61,662 bases of DNA from Paraphysomonas bandaiensis (taxonomy: Eukaryota > Protista > Chrysophyceae): positions 1 to 61,662 of the forward strand of contig CBFFRP010000121.1 of assembly GCA_965644295.1 (NCBI GenBank). Direction: 5' to 3'. The position numbers and the translations under genes were made by a program. The notes beneath the pieces were generated by a model, which was given only the letters and a program-made list of their open reading frames with translations, did not search any database and was not told the DNA's origin. Shown here piece by piece: positions 25,632-36,100 of the stretch (positions are counted from its first letter, which is position 1; the number at the start of each line of letters is the position of its first letter).

Positions 25632-25816
25632 CTGCCTCCTCCCCCGTTTTGGTTGTCTACAGAATAGCATGCCTCCGGTATTCACAAATGCCAACGGGAC
25701 TAGGTGTTACGTAGCCGTCAAAACGAAAATCCCCGGAGAATTATAAGTTATATAATAATAATTTGATATGGAATGGAATTGAGAGAGCAATAAGAATAAT
25801 GTGTCCAGCGTGGAAC

Positions 25817-28800
25817 TTAATAAGACGCACGGACCTGAGGATATTTGTTGGCAAAATCCTCGTCCACGAGTACCATTGTGCTAGCATTCACCTCGGAATG
25901 AACAAAGCAATGCACTAGGTAATTATCATAACGGTAGGTACGGAGAGTGAGAAGATCCTTCACCGATAAAACTCGCTTAGAGCTCTTGTGATACCAGTGT
26001 GTGAACTGGATAGGAGCTACATAAGTAATGAGATGAGAATCTGGTAATTCCAACTCATCGTACCAAGCATCACCATAAATTCGCAAATCAACATAGGCTA
26101 GATCACCAGGTTGAAACTGAGTGATCGGTTGCCGGCGGAAATCCGCGATGTATTTCTTTGCATAGTCAGCAGTATAAATAAGATGGTAAAGATATCGTTT
26201 TCGAGAACAGAATTCAGCATAAGGAACGGAATCAAAAATATCCTTGCTGTAAGGGACTTCTCGGACATCTCCATCTTGAAAACGCACAGTGAAAACCATG
26301 GTAGATCGAACCTCTCTATCACCACGGTAGTAAAGGATTTCATCAATAACATGTTGATCCTGATCCCGTAAAGCCATTTTATAAGCAGCATCAGAATCTC
26401 CCGGAAACAATTTAACATCACTCACGGAAACACGAACCACTTGCCCAGTGGCGAGATGTTGACAGTCTACGTCATTCTTGTACTGGGACTTGACTGAGAA
26501 AGGTCCCATATACCGGTGAGACATCTTGGGATGAACCTTTGCCCCTTTGTCGAATAAGACAAAATCTCCCGGTTGATACCTATTCTGTCTATCGGGATGC
26601 ACACCTGTTCCTGCCCTTTCCGTGGCTAACTTTTGCTGATAAGCTTTGGAAGCCTCTCGGAGTTGGGCTAACTGATCATTAAGCGCAGTGAGTCTAGCAT
26701 GCGCCCGATCTGGAAGATCTTTGATATCCATGTTCAAATAGTCAAGATCCTTTGAGCCAAACGTCAACTCAAAAGGCGAAAATCCTGTTTCCGAAGACAC
26801 TTCAGAATTTAGAAGATATTGAACACTTGCTAACCAACTAGGGTCCTCAAAGATGTCTTTTCGTTCCTCCCGTTCACTGTAATCATAGACCAGAGCACGT
26901 AGATGTCGAACTACTTCTCCAATAATTCTTTCACAACCATTTGCATGGCGATTGGCGATACTAAAAGTGTGCCGAACACCCATGTACTCCGTCAACTGTT
27001 TGAACAAATCTGAAGTCAAATCCGGTCCTTGATCCGAGATTATTAGATCTGTGTGACCGTAATGACTCCAGTATTTCCATATAGTATTTGCAAGATTAAG
27101 AGCCGTCACACCTTTGACAGGTTCAAGGTACACAAACTTGGTGAAAAGATTGACCACCACGTTGATATGTGTATATCCCTCTGCACCGTGAGGTGTGATC
27201 TCAACAGCATCTATACCAATCGCGCTACGAGCATTTGGGGGCTTGAGATTTCGTACGATCGGAATAAGAGCCTCCTTCATAGCCAACCTCGTTTTCACAC
27301 AATTTGGGCACTTAGAGATATAATCCTCAACAACCTTGTAAGGAATATTATGACCCGGGAACTCTTTGTTTAAGCGTATCCAGGTAGCCCTTCCCCCCAT
27401 GTGTCCAACTCGCGCGTTATGAACCTCACGCAACGCCGTCTCCGGTGATACATGAGATGTTGGAGGGTCCTCAATCTCTCGATCATCCGGGTTCATAAAG
27501 TTACCCAGAAAGTTAAAGTACTCATACTCATTACAGTCATCCCCCATGAAATAGGCGTCATCATATTCCTCCTCTGGGAATATTCCAGAGAGTACAGCGA
27601 CCTGATGCTCTCTAGATAACCAGTCCGCCAACCAATTCTTGGCACCAGATATATGACGAATGCTGAAGTTGAAAGACTGCAAGAATATCCTCCATCGTGT
27701 AATCTTTGGAACATCCGAAGATTCCATCCACAATAGATTGTTATGGTCGGTCTCAATTGTGAATTGCTTGCCTATTAAGTAATAAGCCAAGTGTTTAACA
27801 CTGTAGAAAATTCCATATGCCTCTTGCTCTATAGTTGACCACTTCTGAGCTTGGGCAGAAAACTTTTTGGAAATGAAAGCTATAGGCTGCCACTGTATGC
27901 TCCCATCCTCTAATATTTTCTTTTGCAATAACACTGAACCTATTCCCAACTCACTAGCGTCAGTACGCAATGTCCACTCAAGATTATAATCAGGATAAAA
28001 CAGCTCACAAGCGTCTTGTAGTCCAGCAATGAAACGACGATACTCTGCCTCGTAGTCATGCCGCCATGTGGACTTATCCCAATTGAAACTCGACTTTGTC
28101 ATGTCAGTCAAGTGAGCAACTAAGTCAGAGTATCTAGGCGTAAAACTAGAAAAGAATACCCCTTTACCCAGCAACGATCTGGCCTGTTTGGTGTTAGTAG
28201 GCATTGGAATCTTGCCGAGAGCCTCCTTCTTATCGGGATTAACCTCATATGACTTGTGACGGCAAACATATCCAAAGAAATCCACTTTTCTAAACCCCAA
28301 CCAGCTTTTTGGCATTTTAAGTTTCACATTCCTTTCAATACATCTGTCAATAATCTTTTCGAACTTCTCATAAGCATCCTTGGCATCATTAGCCAATATA
28401 AGCATGTTATCGAAAATGACTATGGCCCACTCAGAGAAATCATCGAATATTTCTCTCACAGTTTCCTGTAAAACTCCCGTGGCCGGAGCAATACCCTCTG
28501 GCATGAAATTAGGAGCAAATTGCCCCCAAGGCGTCTGAATGGATAGGCGCTCAGAAGTTTCATCATCTAATGGAATTTGATGAAAAGCATTTGTTAAATC
28601 TATATCCATGTATAGCGGAAAGTTGATAATCTTGTCCAACTCATGCTTAACATTAGGAATCGTATAATTTCCCACTTCCATGTGCTTGTTAATTTGCACA
28701 TAGTCACCACAAAAACGGATATATGGAGGAGTGGCTTTGGGAGCGACCACTAGGCATGAAGCCCAAGGAGAACGACTCTTTCGGTAGAAATAGCCACACA

Positions 28801-29800
28801 GTCGCCGAAACTCCTTCTCCGAAGCCTCCCACAGCTTAGGATTGATCGGGCGAGCCTTTGGTTTCATTCGGTCCGGGAGAGTGCTTTTCCATTTTAGAGA
28901 CAAAGGGTCCACACCTCTCACACCGCTCCATTGGTCAGGCACGAACACTTTTTCAGCCTTCGTTGACAACAATTCCATAATCTTAGTTTCACTTTTCATT
29001 TCATCACTGACATGAGTCTCTATCTGCTCATGATAGTCTTGGAGGGCTTCCTCCCTAGACTTTCCTAAGAATGTCAACGCATCCTTGAATTGAACCGGTA
29101 ACTCAGTTTCCTCATCCTCTGGGGCAATAGCATCACTCGCTCTTGACCATGGGTGCACACGGTCATCAGAGTCAACCGTGTCCCCTGCCAGAGATGACAA
29201 CACATTCGAATTTTCATTATCGGAGACACCCTCGATTTGAGTGTCATGTGCCTCACGCATAACAGCACACATGAAAGGATATAATTTTCCAGTCAGCGCA
29301 GGCAACCCCAAAATAATATCATTACTCGTCATATCGATCACAAAGAATTCACCCGTATATTGATAGGTATGACTCTTCGGATCAGTCAGCACTAAATTTA
29401 ATCTGACTCCTTCATTGAGATCCTTCACCGTTCTACTATCCGCCAATACCACACGGTGTTTAGCTTTATAAAAACGGCTCGGTTCTAGTTTGTTCCGCAA
29501 TCTGTCCACCAAATCCCTCGACACATAATTGGCTGAGAGGGCTCCAGTGTCACACAATATTTTTACTAACTCCTCTATTCCAAATTTTCTATCTAAAGTA
29601 ATCCTTCCTATAGTGTGCGCTGAAGAGAAGCTCTTGGATGAAGGATAGCAGGCATACAGCTTAGCCTGATCCCCGATACAGACATTGGAGGAATTCGCAA
29701 ACTCATTAAGATCATTAGAATGCACTGAACATTCATCATTCTCATCCCGAGTCTTTGAATTGGAATCCTCCTTGTCTGTATCGTCACATCCACCGAACCA
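25817..29800 (-). CDS. pol: Gypsy Pol (protease, RT, RNase H, integrase, GPY/F, chromodomain-like)
   Basis: LCDTGA; SPWAS, RFCGDY, IDLTNAFHQI, IFDN; TDASELGIG, EQEAYG, TDHNNL; H-x6-H...CPNC, GIDAV, ISDQG, ERII; YMGPF; HVIDEILYYRG. The frame is open up to the TGA at 29801-29803. Confidence 0.93.
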   Translation of the reverse strand, partial: WFGGCDDTDKEDSNSKTRDENDECSVHSNDLNEFANSSNVCIGDQAKLYACYPSSKSFSSAHTIGRITLDRKFGIEELVKILCDTGALSANYVSRDLVDRLRNKLEPSRFYKAKHRVVLADSRTVKDLNEGVRLNLVLTDPKSHTYQYTGEFFVIDMTSNDIILGLPALTGKLYPFMCAVMREAHDTQIEGVSDNENSNVLSSLAGDTVDSDDRVHPWSRASDAIAPEDEETELPVQFKDALTFLGKSREEALQDYHEQIETHVSDEMKSETKIMELLSTKAEKVFVPDQWSGVRGVDPLSLKWKSTLPDRMKPKARPINPKLWEASEKEFRRLCGYFYRKSRSPWASCLVVAPKATPPYIRFCGDYVQINKHMEVGNYTIPNVKHELDKIINFPLYMDIDLTNAFHQIPLDDETSERLSIQTPWGQFAPNFMPEGIAPATGVLQETVREIFDDFSEWAIVIFDNMLILANDAKDAYEKFEKIIDRCIERNVKLKMPKSWLGFRKVDFFGYVCRHKSYEVNPDKKEALGKIPMPTNTKQARSLLGKGVFFSSFTPRYSDLVAHLTDMTKSSFNWDKSTWRHDYEAEYRRFIAGLQDACELFYPDYNLEWTLRTDASELGIGSVLLQKKILEDGSIQWQPIAFISKKFSAQAQKWSTIEQEAYGIFYSVKHLAYYLIGKQFTIETDHNNLLWMESSDVPKITRWRIFLQSFNFSIRHISGAKNWLADWLSREHQVAVLSGIFPEEEYDDAYFMGDDCNEYEYFNFLGNFMNPDDREIEDPPTSHVSPETALREVHNARVGHMGGRATWIRLNKEFPGHNIPYKVVEDYISKCPNCVKTRLAMKEALIPIVRNLKPPNARSAIGIDAVEITPHGAEGYTHINVVVNLFTKFVYLEPVKGVTALNLANTIWKYWSHYGHTDLIISDQGPDLTSDLFKQLTEYMGVRHTFSIANRHANGCERIIGEVVRHLRALVYDYSEREERKDIFEDPSWLASVQYLLNSEVSSETGFSPFELTFGSKDLDYLNMDIKDLPDRAHARLTALNDQLAQLREASKAYQQKLATERAGTGVHPDRQNRYQPGDFVLFDKGAKVHPKMSHRYMGPFSVKSQYKNDVDCQHLATGQVVRVSVSDVKLFPGDSDAAYKMALRDQDQHVIDEILYYRGDREVRSTMVFTVRFQDGDVREVPYSKDIFDSVPYAEFCSRKRYLYHLIYTADYAKKYIADFRRQPITQFQPGDLAYVDLRIYGDAWYDELELPDSHLITYVAPIQFTHWYHKSSKRVLSVKDLLTLRTYRYDNYLVHCFVHSEVNASTMVLVDEDFANKYPQVRASY

Positions 29801-29879
29801 TCAAGGGCGGGAATCACCGAAGTGATCCCTCCTCAAGATGGTCGGTTGTTTGTCCCTCTGCTCCGAACTTCCCGCAGAC

Positions 29880-31610
29880 TTAAGATACGCATCGATCTTG
29901 TCCCGCATTTCGGACGCAGAATCCAACGAGACATTTCGCATTATGATTATAAGGACAGTCTGTTTTGTCGCACTTGCCATACATGATTTTTCTTAGACAC
30001 CCATACTTATCGGTCTTATTATTCTGAGCACCAGTTGGTCTAGCATGCATGGCTGACAGAGACCTATCAGAGTTAAAACGACGCTCCTCATCAACTGCTG
30101 CGTCATTACCCGACATTGGTTTCACATCTGTCATCATAGCGACTTGTTTATCGTCATGTACCTCCAGATTACTGGACCGCCAAGTCTCACTCGGAGCATC
30201 CCACAAATCATCATCATTGGGTACATACCCATCATTATCATCCCACTCATCGTTATAGTTTCCTCCAGACTCATCGTAAGTATCTAGATGTGACACTTGC
30301 GAAACCCTTGGTTTAGAATCAACACGACTGTTCAACGAAGGTTTGTTGGACTGTTGAGAGAATAGTTCCTTTCTCCTCTTAAGATAGTCCTCGTGCTTCT
30401 GTTGAAACATCGTAGTCGACTCCATAGGTAACTGTCGGTACGCGATGGTTACTTGATAATGATCCAAGAGTACAGCCGAATACTCTTTGAAAAATTCGCT
30501 CATAGAGTCAAATTTATTTGTCGACATGCACCCCAACACATACTTAACATAGGTCCCGTCATTCAAAGTCTTAAAGAGTCTTATCAATCCGTACTCTTTG
30601 TCATCGATACGAGGACACCATGTTTTGTTTGAGACCAACATGATAGACAACATTGTTTGGAACGACTGCATCAAGTTCAATTGCTGATGATAGAATGCCT
30701 CAAAAGTCACAGCATTTACATACTTCCAGTCCATAATTTGGATATGTTTCAATGAATCTCTGAGTTCATTATAAAATGCCACGCAATTGAACACTTTGGT
30801 CTCCTGAGCCACAATGAGAAGCAAATCCGAAACATCCATTTGTGCTAGCTGCGCATGTGTGATGCTGTACACATTCCGCAGATGTGCCTTCAAACTGGTT
30901 GAAAGTACCTTTTGAATTCGCACCTCAGTTTCTTCTTGCTCTTGAAACTCTAAGATGTCTTTGATCGCTTTCGCCACTTTACCCAACTTGAAGTCATTGA
31001 TGCGAACATGACACCTCCTTTCCTCTCTAGTTATGGTAACTGTTTTGGCACTAGCCACCTCAGAACTTTTCTTCAAATCCCTGAATAACTTGCCCGCTTT
31101 CTTGCCCTTGAAGATGTTATCCATGAGGGTAGGCACATCATTAGCACCATCACCATCAACATCGGGATTCGAACCATCGTCCTCCTTGTTGCTATTATCT
31201 TCCTGAGGAATCATGCGAAACTTAGCCATGTTTTCCAGAGTGGAATACCTCGGCTGACGTTTGTGTTTCGACGTGCGCTTGGTAACCTTTTGCCGCTGAT
31301 GTGAGCCCACAGAAGCCTGAGACTGACTGCTCTCACCATCCTCAACATTTTGTACTCTATTCTCCAATATTTGCATCCTGCTGCTGAGGTTAGACACTGC
31401 AGTAGCCACCTCTGTAAAAGACTGAGACATGGCACGAACTGTGTCCAAAATCTCCTGGTTTGGATTGATGTTTGGAGCAGAAGACTCCTGAACGACATCC
31501 TGCACACCTCCAGCAGCATCTTGTTTGGTTTCACCACTACCAGCGGCTTCCTGATCTTTCCCAGGAGTTTTCTTGCCGCCTCTCCTCGTTTTACCAGTCG
31601 GAGTAGACAT
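29880..31610 (-). CDS. gag: Gypsy Gag with C-terminal CCCH zinc finger
   Basis: Long ORF upstream of pol with a coiled coil and CLRKIMYGKCDKTDCPYNH; likely ATG at 31610 (MSTPTG); 3' end may extend to 29801 via a frame change. Confidence 0.85.
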   Translation of the reverse strand: MSTPTGKTRRGGKKTPGKDQEAAGSGETKQDAAGGVQDVVQESSAPNINPNQEILDTVRAMSQSFTEVATAVSNLSSRMQILENRVQNVEDGESSQSQASVGSHQRQKVTKRTSKHKRQPRYSTLENMAKFRMIPQEDNSNKEDDGSNPDVDGDGANDVPTLMDNIFKGKKAGKLFRDLKKSSEVASAKTVTITREERRCHVRINDFKLGKVAKAIKDILEFQEQEETEVRIQKVLSTSLKAHLRNVYSITHAQLAQMDVSDLLLIVAQETKVFNCVAFYNELRDSLKHIQIMDWKYVNAVTFEAFYHQQLNLMQSFQTMLSIMLVSNKTWCPRIDDKEYGLIRLFKTLNDGTYVKYVLGCMSTNKFDSMSEFFKEYSAVLLDHYQVTIAYRQLPMESTTMFQQKHEDYLKRRKELFSQQSNKPSLNSRVDSKPRVSQVSHLDTYDESGGNYNDEWDDNDGYVPNDDDLWDAPSETWRSSNLEVHDDKQVAMMTDVKPMSGNDAAVDEERRFNSDRSLSAMHARPTGAQNNKTDKYGCLRKIMYGKCDKTDCPYNHNAKCLVGFCVRNAGQDRCVS

Positions 31611-32126
31611 GGTTAATGAGAAGAACTTCCGCCTCAAAGACTATATCCACCAAACTTTTCCCTAACACACTGAGACAAGCAACCCTGGCAACTCCTAGAA
31701 CCACTGACCCAGAACTCAACAACACACCAAGACAAATCCCAAAGACAACCCTGCGTAAGAATCCAAAAACTCAACACTCAACACTCAACACTCAAAACCG
31801 TTGAACCCGTCGGATTTGTACAAGTGACAACAGTTAACACACAGGCGGTATCCACGGTCGATTGACTTCGAAAAGAACCGAATTTCCTCAGTCACCACAC
31901 TGTGAATCAAACAATCACCACTGAACAAAGAGCCTAGAGAACGACTACTGACAACTCACACCCAGAGAACAACAGACAACCAACAACAACCGGCAACCGA
32001 AGGCAACAGACAACAAGCCCAAAGAATCAAGCCCAAAGAAGCGTGTCGCAGTTAGTTTCTTATAAGAGTGTGAAACAACAGCGCAAAGACAGAAATTTCT
32101 GTACGAGCAGTAAAGTAAATATTTAC

Positions 32127-33133
32127 TATAACAACACCCGGTTTGATAACCAGGGTGTTGGCTCGTAAACAATAAAACTACAACAACACCTACACTGAAC
32201 CAACAAGCACAGTAATAACGGTATTATTATTAAAACACTTTTTTCCAAGTTTAGACCTAAACTCAGTTAGTGACTCCCGCGAAGAGTCACCGCGCAATGG
32301 TATACCGCTGGTACCCAAGATCACTAGCACCAAGCTTTGGTCTAACTTAAAACAAGTGATAAACACCATAGAAGCACATATGCACACACACACACTCCTA
32401 ACATGGTGCAACACACGTGGTGTCATCACACCACCACAGGTTGCGCAACTCTTCAATCAAAACTGAAAAATACACAGCAACCTGACAGGGAGTGACTCAC
32501 CAGCATATGCCTAGAGTACACCGTATACTACGTATCTATACCCTACCAGAGACTGAAAACCCCATAATCCAGGAAATACATAAATACGGTACGTATAGTA
32601 CGTATAGTACGCACACCACATTTGCAATCGAACCCCAATAAGCCTTGCATGAACACTCGTGCACCTCAAGTGTATAATAGCGACTTCTCTCCTTTGATGG
32701 TCACATGTACTTGCCCCCCTATAGGGTAGTACGGGTAATACATGTATGTATTTATATGGAAGTATGTACTGCAACTGCTATACAGGAATACGGGCCCACA
32801 TAACTTTGATATAAATTTGCAGCAGGTTTCACATCAACCGAAGTCACCAGCAGCAGATCATAGTCGTACATCATCATCAGCAGATAAAAATTGGACATCA
32901 TACCCGAACGTTGGCTCAATATGTAGGTACACTGTGGTACATTACCAATGTCCAAATGGTGTTGCATAATATGTATCCTGAACACAATGAAGGTCCTAAA
33001 GCAATATATAGGGTCCTGATATAGGGTCCTAAACCAACATAGGGTCCTAAAAGTCAATGTAACCATGCATGTGACTCAATAGCGTGTTACTATAGCCACG
33101 TAGATAGGGCATGGGAAATGCCACGTGGTCACA
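32127..33133 (-). repeat. Gypsy 5' LTR
   Basis: Direct repeat of 24625-25631. Confidence 0.95.
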
Positions 33134-36100
33134 GTACCACGTAAATATTTCAACAAATGAATAGCTAATCTGCAAGTCGCATATGTTGGAGAAGTACTAA
33201 ATCGAGCCAATAACCCCACAGCGTAAGCCAGATCAGGTCTAGTGTGAATCGCCAAATGCAACACCGCTCCAATAATTCCTCTATACGGAAATGATTCGAC
33301 CCACTGCTTCTGCTCCTCCGTCAGCTCACGTTGCTCTGCCAACAAATCCTGAACATTGGTAGGTAGTGGAGTCTCCTTATTCTTACTGCTCTTTCCCATA
33401 AACGAACTGAATTTCTTTACAATATTCTTGGCATATTCCGATTGATCTAACATGTACCAGTCCTCGCCTCTCGTGATTCTGATATTCAGAAACCGTTTGC
33501 ACACACCCAGATCGTGCATTTCAAACGTTTCGCAGAACCTACGTTTAACACTTTCTAAGTAGGTGAGATCAGCAGATGCAATGATAATATCATCAACATA
33601 TATCAGCAATAAGTGCAATTGACCATTACTCCATCGCATATACAAGCATGTATCTAAAATGCAAGCAGTAAAATGTAACGATTTGATGAACTTGTCAATA
33701 TGCTTGTTCCACTGCCTCGGTGATGACCGCAAACCATATAAGGCCTTGATCAATTGAAAACACCACCCCGCTGGCAACTCTTCATCAGGTGGAGGTGCCA
33801 TATAAACATCCTCTTCAAGATCGGCATAACAAAACGCTGATGATACGTCCAACTGATGTACATGCATATGAAACATAAAGGCAATTGCAAGCACCAGTCG
33901 AATGGTTATTCCTTTGACCACTGGAGCAAACGTGGACTGCTCCTCCTCCGTTTTTTCTTGTAGATTCCCTAATGCAACCAGCCGCGCCTTATACTTGACT
34001 ACATTCCCCAGAAGGTCTCTCTTCACCGTGTGAACATACTTTGCTCGCACCAACTTCACTCCTCGTGGAGTCCGCACAATCTTTAAGACACGTCTCTTCA
34101 GTAGTGAGGTCTTCTCCACCTTCCGAGCTTCTCTCCACTTCATGTACTGTGGAGATCTCTCTGCTTCAGCATAGGAGTCTGGTATCTTAAAGTCATCATG
34201 TTGAAACTCTGCATGTTTAAAGTTAACAGTGCATGCATCTGGCACCTCAACCATATTTATTTCTCCTAACACCGATGCGTTCGCCAACCTACGCTGTAGC
34301 CGTTTCCGCCGTACACGACCATCAGCATCTAGTTCAATAGGTCGTCTAGTAGATATATACGAACCCATACCTTGCTCATCCTGAGCCCGCAAATCTTGCG
34401 GTGTGGGAGGAGCCCCGCTCGCATCCCCAGACCCATGGTCTGTCGAGGTCTGCAACCTCACGACTGTCTGTTGACAGGTTGGGTCAGGACTCTCCTGGAA
34501 CCCTCCAGGTCTTCCCTGGTCCAGCTCCCTGGCTGGCGTAGTACTCAGGGCGTCCCCCTTTCCTATGTACCCGGTATTCCCGGGGGTTTCTGCAGTCATA
34601 CGCACCACGTCTTCGACGTGTATAGGCACCCGGTGCTCTATATGCTCGCGACCTGCAGTAACAAGTGAACGGTATGCTACAATCACACCCTTACGTTCTA
34701 CAACTCTTGTTGTCTTATACAGAAGTCCGTCCTCATCATCAATATGATACGTTCCTTCTAAGCTGACATAGTCGGATGCAAGCTTGGGTCTAGCGGCCTC
34801 CCGCACTCGAAGAGCATCAATCTCTGCGAAATACTTCTCTGATCGTGATGGCGTTGACTCATCAGTCAATATATGGACTGTAGTCACCACCTTGTTTGAT
34901 TCAGGAAGATATACATGGTATCCTACCTTCTCATCAGAGTAACCCATTAAATATCCAACTAGAGCCTTATCCTCCCAATCCTTTCGTCGATCCGCCTTCG
35001 GTGAAAGAACATAAGTTCGACACCCCCATACCCTAAGATATCTCAAATTTGGAGGCTCGCCCGTTAGAAACTCTATAGGAGACATATACCCTTTATCTGT
35101 TTTCGTTGGCAATCGAATCAAAATATATCTGGCTGCCATGTATGCATCCAGCCAAAATTGCAGTGGCAGTCCAGATTGGATTAGCATTGCAAGAGTCATC
35201 TCTCCAGCAGTTCTGAACTTCCTCTCCTCTATGGCATTCATTTCTGGAGAGTCTGTTGAGCTCCACGTATGTTGATAGCACTCCTGTGTCCTAAGATACT
35301 GACGCAGCTCCTCACTGATTAATTCTCCTGCACCATCGGCATGATAGTGCTCCATCTTGAGCTTGTACCTTCTAACATCTCCTCTAAATAGCTCTTTGAA
35401 GACTTCTAAGACCGCTTCCCCAGTTCTGTGGACTAAACCCGTCGCCCAGAACATTTTGCTGGCATGATGCGTTATCTTTAACACATACCTCTCACCTCCT
35501 CTAGCAGGACAATTTAAGTACACAGCGATATCTGCTGAAAAATTCGGTCTAACGGAATTCTCGTCCTTCGTTCGGAAGCTGACTCGGGTTATCTTAGACC
35601 TGGCACACACATCACACAAACACTGATTTTTGTGTACCTTGGCTGTGAGGTGTTTCCGTTTCAACCCTGTACCCATGATGAGCATCCTCTTATGTGCCTC
35701 CACTAACGCATGTTTGTTGAAGTGACCCGCTCTCCGATGCAGCAACTCCAGCTCGTCCTCACCAGTCCTATCGCTAAGATTTACTTCACAATTACTCGGT
35801 GTAGACACATCTGGAAGCTCCAACAGCTGCTGAGTTGGAACTGCAGTCATTCCATTCTTCATGGGTCCCTCCAGTACCAGTTCACCAGTATTACAGTCAT
35901 AAATTTGGATCCCATACCACACCGTGAATCGATAGCCCATTTCGTTCAGCTTACGTCCGGAGCACAGGCATCGATTGATCTGATCTGAAATTTCTATGTC
36001 TCTCCATGCTCCACGGGAACCCACACTTGTGATATGAATCTCTGATCCCTTCTTAGAGCCGTTTATCACCTTTGATGTATTCATATGAGTGTCAAGCATG

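Larger units (their letters stand above)
24625..33133 (-). mobile_element. Ty3/Gypsy (chromovirus-like) LTR retrotransposon nested in Copia
   Basis: 1007-bp LTRs at constant offset 7502, TSD GTAC (24621-24624/33134-33137), PPT 25632-25645, gag then PR-RT-RH-IN-chromodomain. Confidence 0.96.

Noticed and set aside
33141-33150. GTAAATATTT in the Copia target flank matches the Gypsy post-LTR palindrome
   Set aside because: A single 10-bp AT-rich match within Copia coding sequence (LKYLR); cannot be told from chance without more insertion sites.
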